A stretch of 64,000 bases of DNA, taken from contig OY970208.1 in the NCBI GenBank assembly GCA_963713865.1, positions 1,088,001-1,152,000 of the forward strand, in the 5' to 3' direction. Positions 27,317 through 37,154 of the stretch are shown piece by piece. The first letter of the stretch is position 1. Each line of letters begins with the position of its first letter. Origin of the DNA: an uncultured candidate division Zixibacteria bacterium. Its GTDB lineage: Bacteria > Zixibacteria > MSB-5A5 > RBG-16-43-9. The notes under the pieces were generated by a model. The model was not told the DNA's origin. It searched no databases and saw only the letters and a list, made by a program, of their open reading frames with translations. The position numbers were made by a program, and so were the translations under genes.

Positions 27317-28087
27317 ATGCCCAATAAAGTGTTGATAGCAGATGATAGCCAAACCATACGCAGCGTAGCTGAATTTTTACTCCGACAAAAAGGTTATGAG
27401 GTAATCCTGGCACAGGATGGAGAGGAGGCTTTAGACCTGATAAAGAAAACATCTCCGGATCTGGTGCTTTTAGATAATTCTATGCCTAAGATAGATGGAT
27501 TTACCCTCTGTTTGGAGCTTAAAAAAGATTATGATTTAAAGAAGATTCCAGTGGTTATGCTGCTAAATTCCAGAGAGTGGATTAATCAGGAAGGATTTCA
27601 AAACTCAGCATGTGAGGGTTATATCCTCAAGCCCTTTTCCCCCAGAGAATTTTTAGAGAAGGTGGGGGAGTTTTTCAAAAAAGAGGAACCCCCGGGAAAA
27701 ACTCTAGAGGGTAAAAGTTCAGAATTTGAGGAAATAAAAGAGCCAGAAGATTTTCTTTCTGTTCTCAAAGCCGAGGAAGAAGAAAGGCTGGAGGAGAAGA
27801 TAACCAAACCAAATCCAGAGGGAGGGGACAGCTACGAAAGATTTGTCTCCGAGTTTAAAAAGGAGATGGAGGGACTGGAAAAAGACGAGCCAGTGGTTTA
27901 TCGTGAAATGAAATTGGAAAGCCCAGAGGAGAAAGAAGAAGAGGGGTTTAAAGGTCTGGATTATGAAAAGCTTACCTCAAGAATTGTGAAAGAGGTTTCA
28001 ACCATAGTAGCAGAGAAAATAGCAGAGAAGATCGATTCTGAAGAAATAGAACAAATGATAAAAGAAAAGATCAAGGAACTGGTTTAA
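27317..28087 (+). CDS. Response regulator (receiver domain plus acidic C-terminal region)
   Basis: 'VLIADDS', 'DLVLLDNSMP.IDG', 'YILKPF'. Confidence 0.88.
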   Translation: MPNKVLIADDSQTIRSVAEFLLRQKGYEVILAQDGEEALDLIKKTSPDLVLLDNSMPKIDGFTLCLELKKDYDLKKIPVVMLLNSREWINQEGFQNSACEGYILKPFSPREFLEKVGEFFKKEEPPGKTLEGKSSEFEEIKEPEDFLSVLKAEEEERLEEKITKPNPEGGDSYERFVSEFKKEMEGLEKDEPVVYREMKLESPEEKEEEGFKGLDYEKLTSRIVKEVSTIVAEKIAEKIDSEEIEQMIKEKIKELV

Positions 28088-28215
28088 AAAAGTAATTTAA
28101 AGTAGCTTGTTTGCCTCTTTAATGAAATCCCAAAATTTTTATTTATTTAATCTTAAGTTTTTCCTGCTCCCTTTCCGTATTTTTTAATAACTGGACTTGA
28201 ATTATTGGAGGATTT

Positions 28216-28947
28216 CTGAACGACGTTTCTATCTTAGCTGCTTTTACTGGTGGCTTAATCTCTTTCATCTCTCCCTGCGTCCTTCCTTTGATCCCGGGGT
28301 ATCTATCATTTATCTCCGGGCTGACCTTAGAGGAACTTCAAAAAAAAGATGACAAGCTTGAAAACCTCAAAAAGGTGAGCTTGAACTCTCTTTTCTTTAT
28401 CTTAGGTTTTTCCTTGATTTTTATGCTTTTAGGAGCCTCAGCTACATTTTTAGGTAAGTTTCTTATCTCCAAGATTTCTATTTTCAATAAAATTGCCGGT
28501 ATAATAATCTTCATATTCGGTTTTCATCTCATCGGGATTTATAGAATTCCCTGGCTGGATTATGAGAAAAGGTTTCATGCCAGAAAAAAAGGGGTGGGTT
28601 TTTTAGAGTCATTTTTAATCGGTCTAGCTTTTGCCTTTGGCTGGAGTCCCTGTATTGGACCTATCTTAGCTGGTATATTAGTCTTGGCTTCTAATCAACA
28701 GACGGTGGCTCAGGGGATGGGTCTGCTTTTAGCTTATTCCTTGGGTCTGGGTATCCCCTTTATGATTACCGGAATCGGGTTTAACCTTTTCCTAGAAATT
28801 TTTGCTAAAGTTAAAAAATATTTCAGAACTATCGAGACGGTGAGTGGAATTTTCCTGATGGTAATTGGAGTTTTAATCTTCTTTAACGTTATGGGGTATC
28901 TTTCTGCAATTTTAGTTCGTCTTTTCCCTGGTCTTTTAAAAGGTTAA
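28216..28947 (+). CDS. ccdA: Cytochrome c biogenesis protein CcdA (DsbD transmembrane domain), probable CTG start
   Basis: 'SFISPCVLPLIPGYLSFISG' lies upstream of the called TTG, and 'FAFGWSPCIGPIL' lies downstream. GGAGG precedes CTG 28216. Confidence 0.88.
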   Translation: MNDVSILAAFTGGLISFISPCVLPLIPGYLSFISGLTLEELQKKDDKLENLKKVSLNSLFFILGFSLIFMLLGASATFLGKFLISKISIFNKIAGIIIFIFGFHLIGIYRIPWLDYEKRFHARKKGVGFLESFLIGLAFAFGWSPCIGPILAGILVLASNQQTVAQGMGLLLAYSLGLGIPFMITGIGFNLFLEIFAKVKKYFRTIETVSGIFLMVIGVLIFFNVMGYLSAILVRLFPGLLKG

Positions 28948-28971
28948 AGTTATTTTATTTGTATAAAAAAT

Positions 28972-30021
28972 ATGTCAGAGATTCTGGAGTGTAAAGCTTT
29001 AGCTCTACCCTATCGAAAAACAGGAAAATCTTTTTTGGCAAACCTAAAAGTTCGCACTCCAAAGTCGTTTAAACAACTAATTTTTCAAAGCTCTTTTCTT
29101 AATCTCTTCAAAGCATTATTGTTAATCCTCTTATTCCGAGGAGTGAGTATGGGAACTGAACTTGATTTTAAATCTTTAATACCCGAAGGTGCGAAAGATT
29201 TTAAGAAAGTAGATCAGGCACAGTTATTTGACCGGGAAAACCTGTTTGATTATATGAATGGAGGTGCAGAACTATACCTTTCTTACAATTTTCAAAGACT
29301 TTCAGTCCAGGAATATAGAGATAAGGACAGAGTGATCACTGTAGAGGTCTATGAGATGAAAACCTCACAGGATGCTTTCGGGCTTTACTCTTTAGACCAG
29401 GAGGCTGATAATCCGCCTCAGGCGGATACGGCTCGTAGAGGAAAGAATTTAGCTATTGGAAATAAAGCCAATTTCAGTTCCGGACTTTTGAAATTCTGGA
29501 AAGGTAATTATTTTGTAAGGATAGTTGATCTAAACGGGAATGATCAATTTAAAGATGTGATTATGGAATTGGGTAACAAGATTTCCAAAAAGATAGATAA
29601 GAAAGGTGAATTGCCAGAACTCTTATCTAAATTACCAGCAGAAGGGCTAATCCTAAATTCGGAGAGATTTTTCCATAAACAGATCGTCTTGAACAATCTA
29701 TATTTTCTATCCACTGAAAACCTTCTTAATTTAAATGAGAAGACCTCTGCAGTTATGGGAGATTACCTCTTGGGGAAGATGAATCTGAAACTTCTTCTGA
29801 TCTCTTACCCGGATACATTTTCTGCCAGGTCTACATTTGAAAGTTTCTGCACAAAATATCTTAAATCCTTTCCTTCAGGCAAAAAAGTTATTCAAAAGGT
29901 AGAGGAAGATAAATTCATCGGTTTAGAGTTGGAGAAAAATTATTTATGGTTTACATTTGAAGGTAAAGATGAGAGAAATACTGGAGATGTTTTGCGAAAA
30001 GTTAAGGAAAAGCTAAAGTAA
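28972..30021 (+). CDS. DUF6599-like exported protein
   Basis: 'NLFDYMNGGAELYLSYNF', 'VEVYEM..DAFGLYS', 'FWKGNYFVRI'. Confidence 0.75.
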   Translation: MSEILECKALALPYRKTGKSFLANLKVRTPKSFKQLIFQSSFLNLFKALLLILLFRGVSMGTELDFKSLIPEGAKDFKKVDQAQLFDRENLFDYMNGGAELYLSYNFQRLSVQEYRDKDRVITVEVYEMKTSQDAFGLYSLDQEADNPPQADTARRGKNLAIGNKANFSSGLLKFWKGNYFVRIVDLNGNDQFKDVIMELGNKISKKIDKKGELPELLSKLPAEGLILNSERFFHKQIVLNNLYFLSTENLLNLNEKTSAVMGDYLLGKMNLKLLLISYPDTFSARSTFESFCTKYLKSFPSGKKVIQKVEEDKFIGLELEKNYLWFTFEGKDERNTGDVLRKVKEKLK

Positions 30022-30022
30022 T

Positions 30023-30979
30023 ATGGTAAGAAAAGAAAAGATATCTTTTACCCGCCGTGATTTTCTGAAAGGGACAGCTTTTACCTCTTTAGGAGTGGCA
30101 CTGGGAATTTTATCACCTGAGGTTCTGTCTTCTCAAGAGGTGAAAAAGGAGAGAGTTGTCCTAATCAGGGAAAAAGATGTTTTAAGCGAAGATCTGAAAG
30201 TAGATTCAAGACTTCTTTCTAAGATGCTTGATTCGGGGATGATGAGTTTTGGAGGCGAAAAGGAGCCACTGGAGATCTGGAAAACCCTTTTCAGTCCCAG
30301 GGATATAGTCGGAGTTAAAATAAGTTTTATGATGACTCCCACTCATAAGGAGTTGATCGAGCTTATCGTCCAGAACTTATTAAAAGCAGGGGTAGAAGAT
30401 AAAAATATCTATGTCTGGGACAGGGATAAGGTGGGGATGGGTTCTGCGGAGATGTTTTCTCAACCGAGGAGTTTTGGATTTGACAATGACCATTTAAGTA
30501 AGGTCATAAAAAAATGTACTGCACTTATCAATGTCACAGGTATGAAAAGCCACTGGCTTTCCGGTGCTGCTTTTTCCATAAAGAACTGGGCTGGAGCGAT
30601 CGATAACGCTTATGAATATCATACTGAGGATTGCTGTTCCTCCTTGGGTGCTTTGTGTGCTATCCCCGAAATAAAATCTAAATGCCGGCTAATAATATTA
30701 GATGGGTTAAGACCACTGTTTAATGGTGGTCCTCAGGTTGATCCCAAATATCTCTGGAGTTATAATGGATTAATTATTGGTAGAGACCATGTAGCAGTGG
30801 ATACAGTGGCCCTAAGGATAATCCAGAATAAAAGGGATGAATTCAAAAAAGGAAAATGGATTTTGAGTCCACCTCCGCTTCATATAGGTTTGGCTGACAT
30901 AAAATATAAGGTCGGGACAAGCGATTTAAACAAGATTGAGCTTATAAAATTGGGCTGGCAGCAAGGGATGCTATTATGA
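30023..30979 (+). CDS. Tat-exported DUF362 domain protein
   Basis: Tat signal 'TRRDFLKG', 'DIVGVKI', 'MKSHWLSG..SIKNWAG', 'DHVAVD'. Confidence 0.82.
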   Translation: MVRKEKISFTRRDFLKGTAFTSLGVALGILSPEVLSSQEVKKERVVLIREKDVLSEDLKVDSRLLSKMLDSGMMSFGGEKEPLEIWKTLFSPRDIVGVKISFMMTPTHKELIELIVQNLLKAGVEDKNIYVWDRDKVGMGSAEMFSQPRSFGFDNDHLSKVIKKCTALINVTGMKSHWLSGAAFSIKNWAGAIDNAYEYHTEDCCSSLGALCAIPEIKSKCRLIILDGLRPLFNGGPQVDPKYLWSYNGLIIGRDHVAVDTVALRIIQNKRDEFKKGKWILSPPPLHIGLADIKYKVGTSDLNKIELIKLGWQQGMLL

Positions 30980-31893
30980 GAAGAAGAGAGTTTATAAAAA
31001 GTTCCATTGGTTTGGGTGCGGCTTTAGGTTTTTCTTCATTTTTATCACTTGACTCTTCTGGTGAAGAAGTTCAGACAGTAAGTCTGCCTGATCTGACAGT
31101 AGTTAAAAATGGTGATCCGGGATATATGGTCAGAAAAGCAATAGAACTTTTAGGGGGGATGAAAAATTTTGTTTCTGCTGGTGATATTGTGGTAGTGAAG
31201 CCGAATATAGGCTGGGATAGAAGACCCGAACAGGCAGCTAATACCAATCCAGAGGTTATCTCTGAGGTAGTGAAGATGTGCCTGGAGGCTGGGGCTAAGA
31301 AGGTTAAAGTTTTTGACCGTTCCTGTAATACCGCTCAGAGATGTTATGAGAGTAGCGGGATAAAAAAAGCAGTATCTTTGGCTGGAGCAGAGGTAAGTTA
31401 TGTTCTGGATGCAGGGTTTAAAGAGTATAAGTTTCCCAAAGGGGTTTATTTAAAATCCTGGCCTATTTATAAACCGGCCTTGGAATGCAACCTTTTGATC
31501 AACTTACCAATTGCCAAACATCACGGGCTGACCCGTTTAACCTTAGGAATGAAAAATCTTATGGGGCTTATGGGTGGGGATAGAGGTCAGATTCATCAGA
31601 GTATAGATGAGAAGTTAGCTGATATTGCTAATTTCATAAACCCTGGCCTGAATATTCTGGATGCCTATCGTATCCTAACAGATAATGGTCCTACAGGTGG
31701 AAATCCCCGAGATGTTAAATTAACCAAGACAGTTATTGCTGGAAGAAAGATTGCATCGGTTGACGCATATGGGACTACCCTTTTCAATTTAAAACCAGTT
31801 GACCTGCCCTGCATAGTCTTGGGGAACAAATTTGGCTTAGGCGAGATAGACCTGAATAAATTGAAGATTGAAAAATATAGTTTTGCTTCATGA
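30976..31893 (+). CDS. Tat-exported DUF362 domain protein
   Basis: 'MRRREFIK', 'VVVKPNIGWDR..ANTNPEV', 'PIAKHHGL..LTLGMKNLMG'. Confidence 0.88.
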   Translation: MRRREFIKSSIGLGAALGFSSFLSLDSSGEEVQTVSLPDLTVVKNGDPGYMVRKAIELLGGMKNFVSAGDIVVVKPNIGWDRRPEQAANTNPEVISEVVKMCLEAGAKKVKVFDRSCNTAQRCYESSGIKKAVSLAGAEVSYVLDAGFKEYKFPKGVYLKSWPIYKPALECNLLINLPIAKHHGLTRLTLGMKNLMGLMGGDRGQIHQSIDEKLADIANFINPGLNILDAYRILTDNGPTGGNPRDVKLTKTVIAGRKIASVDAYGTTLFNLKPVDLPCIVLGNKFGLGEIDLNKLKIEKYSFAS

Positions 31894-31899
31894 AGAAAT

Positions 31900-31969
31900 T
31901 AGCTATTTACGATTGGCTTTTAGCTGTTTTCAAAAATCAAAAAGCGAATAGCCAATAGCGAACAGCGAA
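31900..31969. repeat. Inverted pair of degenerate heptamer arrays
   Basis: TAGCTAT-TTACGAT-TGGCTTT-TAGCTGT ... AAGCGAA-TAGCCAA-TAGCGAA-CAGCGAA. Confidence 0.65.
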
Positions 31970-31987
31970 ATTCAGAGGAGATTTTGA

Positions 31988-33499
31988 TTGAAAACTCTGC
32001 GACGTATCTCTCAGATTCTTTTCCTGCTTTTCTTCTTTTACCTTTTCCTTAAAGCCAGCTTCCCTTTATCCACTAAAATTCCAGTTGACCTTTTTTTAAG
32101 AGCTGACCCTCTGCTGGCAATATCTTCGATTTTATCAGCCAGAGTTTTAATCAACACCTTTCTTTTAGCTCTTATTTTTGTCATCATTACTTTACCCTTA
32201 GGACGGGTTTTCTGCGGCTGGGCTTGTCCTTTAGGCACCAGCCTGGATATTTTCAGTTATCTTCTTAAAAATAAAATGGGGAAAAGCTTTAAAAAGCTTC
32301 TCTCTTTAAAATATTATATTCTGATCTTCCTTTTAGTGGGAGCGATTTTATCCTCCCAGCTTATCTGGTTTTTGGATCCGATACCTTTATTTACCCGCTC
32401 TATTACCCTTTCGATTTTTCCTATTATCACCGGATTATTTAATCTTATGCTTAATCTTTTGTTTCAGTTCATCTTTCTTCAAGACTGGCTGAGTAAAGTT
32501 CAACTCCTTTTCTCCTCAACTCTTCTCCCCACACAGGTAAATTTTTTCAGGATGTCTTCCCTCTTTTTGATTATTATCCTGACAATATTCCTTTTGGAAT
32601 TTATCTCCAGAAGGTTCTGGTGTAGAAATCTATGCCCCTTAGGAGCGCTTTATGCTTTTTTATCCAAATTCCAGCTCTTGAAAAGAAGGGTGGCTGAAGA
32701 TTGTACTGAATGTGGTATCTGCAAAGATTTGTGTAAGATGGATGCAATTGAGAAAGATTTCAAGAAAACTTTAGACAGAGAATGTATCCTTTGCTATGAT
32801 TGCGTTAAAGACTGTCCGGTCAGTGTTACTAAGATAAATTTCAAAGGGAGGTTTAAATCCCAGAGATTTGATCTTGGTCGCAGAAAGGTTTTATCTTCTA
32901 CTGTCTTGGGTCTGGTCTCAGTTGGTCTTTTGAAGTCAACTTTTAAGGACAGGAATCTGAAAACCGGTTTGATCAGACCTCCAGGCTCAAGGGTTGAAAA
33001 TGAATTCTTAGATAGATGTATCCGCTGTCACGAATGTATTAAAGTTTGTTCTACTTCCGGTAATTTTTTACAGCCAGCTCTTTTAGAAGGAGGGTTAGAG
33101 GGTTTCTGGACTCCAGTGGGATATGCACGCACCGGTTATTGCGAGTATAACTGTATAATGTGCACCCAAGTCTGTCCTACCCAGGCGATTCATCCACTGG
33201 ATCTGGCTACCAAGAAAAAAACGGTTATCGGATTGGCTTTTATAGACCGGAATAAGTGTATCCCCTGGTATAAAAATGTGAACTGTCTGGTCTGCGAAGA
33301 GCATTGTCCCATCCCGGATAAGGCTATTAAATTGAAAGATGAAGAAGTGGTTCATTATGATGGGAGTTTAAAGAAGGTTAAAAGACCTTATGTGGTGGAA
33401 GATTTATGCATCGGGTGCGGGATCTGCGAGACCAAATGCCCGGTTGAAGGAAAATCTGCTATTTTTATCACACCGCAGGGGGAACAAAGATATAAATAA
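31988..33499 (+). CDS. Membrane polyferredoxin (NapH-like membrane domain fused to MauM/NapG-like 4Fe-4S domain)
   Basis: 'FCGWACPLG', 'WCRNLCPLG', several CxxCxxCxxxC(P) motifs, and 'RPPGS..F..RCIRC'. Confidence 0.9.
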   Translation: MKTLRRISQILFLLFFFYLFLKASFPLSTKIPVDLFLRADPLLAISSILSARVLINTFLLALIFVIITLPLGRVFCGWACPLGTSLDIFSYLLKNKMGKSFKKLLSLKYYILIFLLVGAILSSQLIWFLDPIPLFTRSITLSIFPIITGLFNLMLNLLFQFIFLQDWLSKVQLLFSSTLLPTQVNFFRMSSLFLIIILTIFLLEFISRRFWCRNLCPLGALYAFLSKFQLLKRRVAEDCTECGICKDLCKMDAIEKDFKKTLDRECILCYDCVKDCPVSVTKINFKGRFKSQRFDLGRRKVLSSTVLGLVSVGLLKSTFKDRNLKTGLIRPPGSRVENEFLDRCIRCHECIKVCSTSGNFLQPALLEGGLEGFWTPVGYARTGYCEYNCIMCTQVCPTQAIHPLDLATKKKTVIGLAFIDRNKCIPWYKNVNCLVCEEHCPIPDKAIKLKDEEVVHYDGSLKKVKRPYVVEDLCIGCGICETKCPVEGKSAIFITPQGEQRYK

Positions 33500-33500
33500 T

Positions 33501-33540
33501 AAAAGTTCAAATGCTCAAAGGTTCAAAAGTTCAAGAGTAA
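33501..33540 (+). repeat. Octamer tandem repeat (about 5 copies)
   Basis: AAAAGTTC AAATGCTC AAAGGTTC AAAAGTTC AAGAGTAA. Confidence 0.6.
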
Positions 33541-33558
33541 AAAATAAAGGGTAATCGT

Positions 33559-33676
33559 GTAGGGGTGGAGCTTGACTCCACCCGTTTTATATCATCGGAG
33601 AGGCATTGGTAGCCACAAGCTTTAGCTTGCGAATGGATGGACAAGCATAAAACCGCAGACTAAAGTCTGCGGCTAC
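33559..33676. repeat. GTAG REP-like palindromes, including an inverted pair
   Basis: GTAGGGGTGGAGCTTGACTCCACCC, then GTAGCCACAAGCTTTAGCTTGCG ... CCGCAGACTAAAGTCTGCGGCTAC. A related copy lies at about 40149-40172. Confidence 0.75.
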
Positions 33677-33683
33677 CGAGGAT

Positions 33684-33715
33684 AAAAAAACGCCCGACAT
33701 CAAAGTCGGGCGTTA
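33684..33715 (-). terminator. Intrinsic terminator (homologous copy at about 36128-36153)
   Basis: AAAAAAACGCCCGAC-atcaaa-GTCGGGCGTT. Confidence 0.7.
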
Positions 33716-33779
33716 AGCTTTCTATGGAGTGCATTAACCGTGTTAATGCAACATCCGTTTGGATGCAATCAATAATCTC

Positions 33780-35916
33780 TCAAATATTCCACAGATAAGT
33801 TGCCTTCAGCATCAGGACCCTTTGCTTAAGCCAGAATTTGCCGGCTGAATTATCCCTTTGCTCATTATAAGCTAAATAAAGGTAACTTCCCGGAAAATAG
33901 TTATATCCTACGAGGAAATTTAGCTGATGCTGATGAGAGTCCATATTCGTTTCTAAGAAGATGCGGGTGAAGATATCCTTAGTGATTTGGTATCTTACCC
34001 AGTAGTCCAAAATCCAGATATTATAAATTCTGTCCTTGTAATCATTTTGATACTGGCTCTGGTGATTGATGTTAGTCTCCAATTCTAAGTTCACCAAAGG
34101 CTTCACAGTCGCCCAGAGGGAAAAAGACCTATAAGTCCCTGGCTCGGTTCGGGTATAATCATCTTTATAAATATAGGCCTCCCCTTGATTGTAGCTAAAT
34201 CCCCCATCTAAGAAACCATGGGACTCTCTGTCAAAGTTCAGATAGAAGAAGTCATTGGTATAGACCTGATCACTCCAGAACCAGAACGCCATCCTGATAG
34301 ATCTGAGGTCTGTCTTTTTCCCTTCCGAATCCAAAATTGAAAAACCAATTCCTGACAAAATTGAAGTCAACCTCCGGGATAATTGCCTGATAGGTGGTAG
34401 CTCCTGAATGGTTCGAGGTATGATAGATACCGGTCCCTAAATTAAAAGTCTTCAAATCTAATTTAGTTGGCCTGAACTGATAACCCCACCAGGAGCTAAT
34501 CTTCTGGTAATCGGTCCGGCTCACGTATCCGGTCCTGGGTCGGAAATTCTTTTCCAGGTCATCATATTGCAGATTGAAATTGAAACCTTTATCTGGCGAG
34601 CGGTTTAACTGGAAAGCATAAGCCCAGTCATCTTTATTCACCCCTTTATTGAATACCTTTCCCCCGCTTAAGACCAGAAGATAAATATTCTTAAAGCGGG
34701 AATCATAACCCAACCGGAAAGATCGACTGTAATCATCCTTTGTATCCAAACTGGTTCCCATAAAAGCAATATTGCCTGACTTAGAAACATCTCTTTTTAT
34801 CTGGAATATGGTGAAATAATCATCTGGTGCATCCGGCACTTCATCTACTGCCTGAATAAATCCTAAGGTATATTTATCGATTTTGCCGGTAAGTTTCAGC
34901 CCCTCTATGGGATTTACTATCCTTCGACTGTAAAAAAGGTTAAAGCGAGAACTGAATATATCTGCCCGTTCCAGAAAAAATGGCCTTTTCTCATTGAAGT
35001 AGGTCTCATAGGGTGAAAGGTTTATCTGGTCCTGGTCAGATTCTATCTGTCCGAAATCGGGATTCAGGGTAAAATCCAAGGTCAGGTTGGAGGTGACCCC
35101 GTATTTGACGTCCAGACCGGTGTCGAACTTGTTTTTTTCTTTTAAATCGATCTGCTTTTCCGACCTGAAAGTTGAGTAGGGAAGAAACTCGAAATGGTAC
35201 CCTCTTTTAATATCTTTTAATCCGACCAGTTTTGCCGAATGATCCAGAAGCGGGTCTTCCCTAGGGAAGCTGGTATAGAAAATCTGCTCCCCTTTGCGTC
35301 TTATGATTCTCAGGAAATTAACTCCCCATTCCTGCTCGTTTTGAGGCGAGAATCTCAGACTTTTGAAGGGAATGGCCATCTCACCGGTCCAGCCATCTAT
35401 GGTTCTGTTTCCGTCTGAACGCCAGATAGCATCCCAGCTCTCATCCTGGCTATTACCATCGCCGACAAAATCACCTTGAATACCATAGGGGTTCAAAGCA
35501 AACCAGTATGAAAATCTCTTATCGTTAAAGGTGTCCAGAATAACACCGACTACGTCATCATTCGAGGCATAGTCCCGGCGGGTGATATGGGCGGTCACTT
35601 TCTTTGGCTCAGAATCATAACAACGAAAAGCGATATAGAGGTTGTTCTCATCATAACACATCCAGGCGCAAGTCTTCTCAGTAGGAGCTTCGCAATTTTT
35701 CGGATCGAATTGGACAAAATCGCACAACTCCTGAGATTCCTTCCAGCAGGGGTCATCCAACTTGCCATCGATTTTAGGGGGATTAGAAATCCGATGAACC
35801 TGGATTATTTTAACTGAAGTGCTATCCTCTCCGTTACTTTCATCTGTAAAAAAAATCGTGAAGAGGAAATTGAAAAACAGAAAGAAAAACAGGGAAATCA
35901 ATAGATATTTTTTCAT
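33780..35916 (-). CDS. CBM9-like / DUF5916 outer-membrane protein, split by a +1 frameshift at about 34275-34287
   Basis: 'PKIDGKLDD..W', 'YDENNLYIAF', 'LDFTLNPDFGQIESD..EKRPFFLE', and C-terminal 'KATYLWNI'. The two ORFs join as QDGVLVWSDQVY. Confidence 0.82.
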
Positions 35917-36211
35917 TATACTTACACTCAAGGTAACTTTTCAATACAACTAATTTTTATATACGAGCAAGAAGGATTGTGGGTTTCAAAAAAGAAAGTT
36001 AGTCAGACTGTTTAAACTTTGAAGGAACTTCCCGACAAAATCTATGAACTTGTCCCTTCCCGTTAATTTTATCCCTCACCTGACCACTTTCCTGTGGATC
36101 AGTTTAGGAAAGAAAAGGGTGGAAATAAATCGCCCGACATTAAAGTCGGGCATTACGATTTCTATGCTGCTCAAAGATGTTATCACCTTCGACAAAGTCA
36201 AGAAAATCGAA

Positions 36212-37144
36212 TCAATATTTCTTCCTTCTCTCGATTATGTATTTGGAGCCGGGTAGGGATTTGGTATATTTTTTCAGGTCGTTGAGCATATGGAAGATCT
36301 CCCCGATATGCTTGAACATCCGGTTTTTGTTTATCACCACGGAGATAGAAAGAGTCAAAATGGGGAAGCGCTCCAACTGGCCTCTTCTGTTCTTGGTAAC
36401 GATATAACCGCGCTTTATATCCCTGGCTTTGTAGGTAGCTATAATCTTCTCGTCAAAAGTCCTTACAATCAGAGAACAGACCTTATCTACTTTATCTGAA
36501 GGAACGATGTAGATGAAATCGTCTCCGCCGATATGTCCCACAAACCCTTCCGGGCAATTTTCATAAACTATCTCCCTTATGATCTGGGAGCTCAGGCGGA
36601 TAAGCTTATCTCCATAGAGATAACCGTAATAGTCATTGTAAGCCTTGAAATCATCTAAGTCCGCATAACACAGGGCAAATTCCTCTCCTTTAAGAATAAG
36701 GCGATTGACCTCTTTTTCGATTATGCTGGTTCCGGGAAGGCGGGTAGAAGGGTTCACCCCTAAATCCCTCTGACTTCTACGCACAATCATCTTTAGCTTG
36801 GCGGAGAAAAGGTCTTTTTGCCAATCTCCAAAAAGGAACTCATCTGCCCCTTTGCCCAAGCCGTTAATGACTGTTTTCTTTTCTGGATGTGAATGATAAA
36901 GAACCAGAGGAATTAAGGAAAGATGGGTATCCTTTTTCAATTTTTCTACCAGCTGAAGTTCTTTCTTATAATTACCTTTTCCGGAAATAAATACCAGAGC
37001 CAGAAGATGTCGATTTATATGTTTGAAAAGATCTGGGCTATTTCTAAAATTAAAAAATTTAACCTTCTGGGGATAAAAGCTTTCCTTTAATTCTTTTTTT
37101 AGATTAATCCCCTTATCATATAAAGCCAGATTCAACATCTTCAT
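36212..37144 (-). CDS. Degenerate receiver plus GGDEF-domain protein
   Basis: 'NPSTRLPG', 'YADLDDFKAYNDYYG..GD', 'GHIGGDDF'. Confidence 0.88.
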   Translation of the reverse strand: MKMLNLALYDKGINLKKELKESFYPQKVKFFNFRNSPDLFKHINRHLLALVFISGKGNYKKELQLVEKLKKDTHLSLIPLVLYHSHPEKKTVINGLGKGADEFLFGDWQKDLFSAKLKMIVRRSQRDLGVNPSTRLPGTSIIEKEVNRLILKGEEFALCYADLDDFKAYNDYYGYLYGDKLIRLSSQIIREIVYENCPEGFVGHIGGDDFIYIVPSDKVDKVCSLIVRTFDEKIIATYKARDIKRGYIVTKNRRGQLERFPILTLSISVVINKNRMFKHIGEIFHMLNDLKKYTKSLPGSKYIIERRKKY

Positions 37145-37154
37145 CCGCTCCTAG

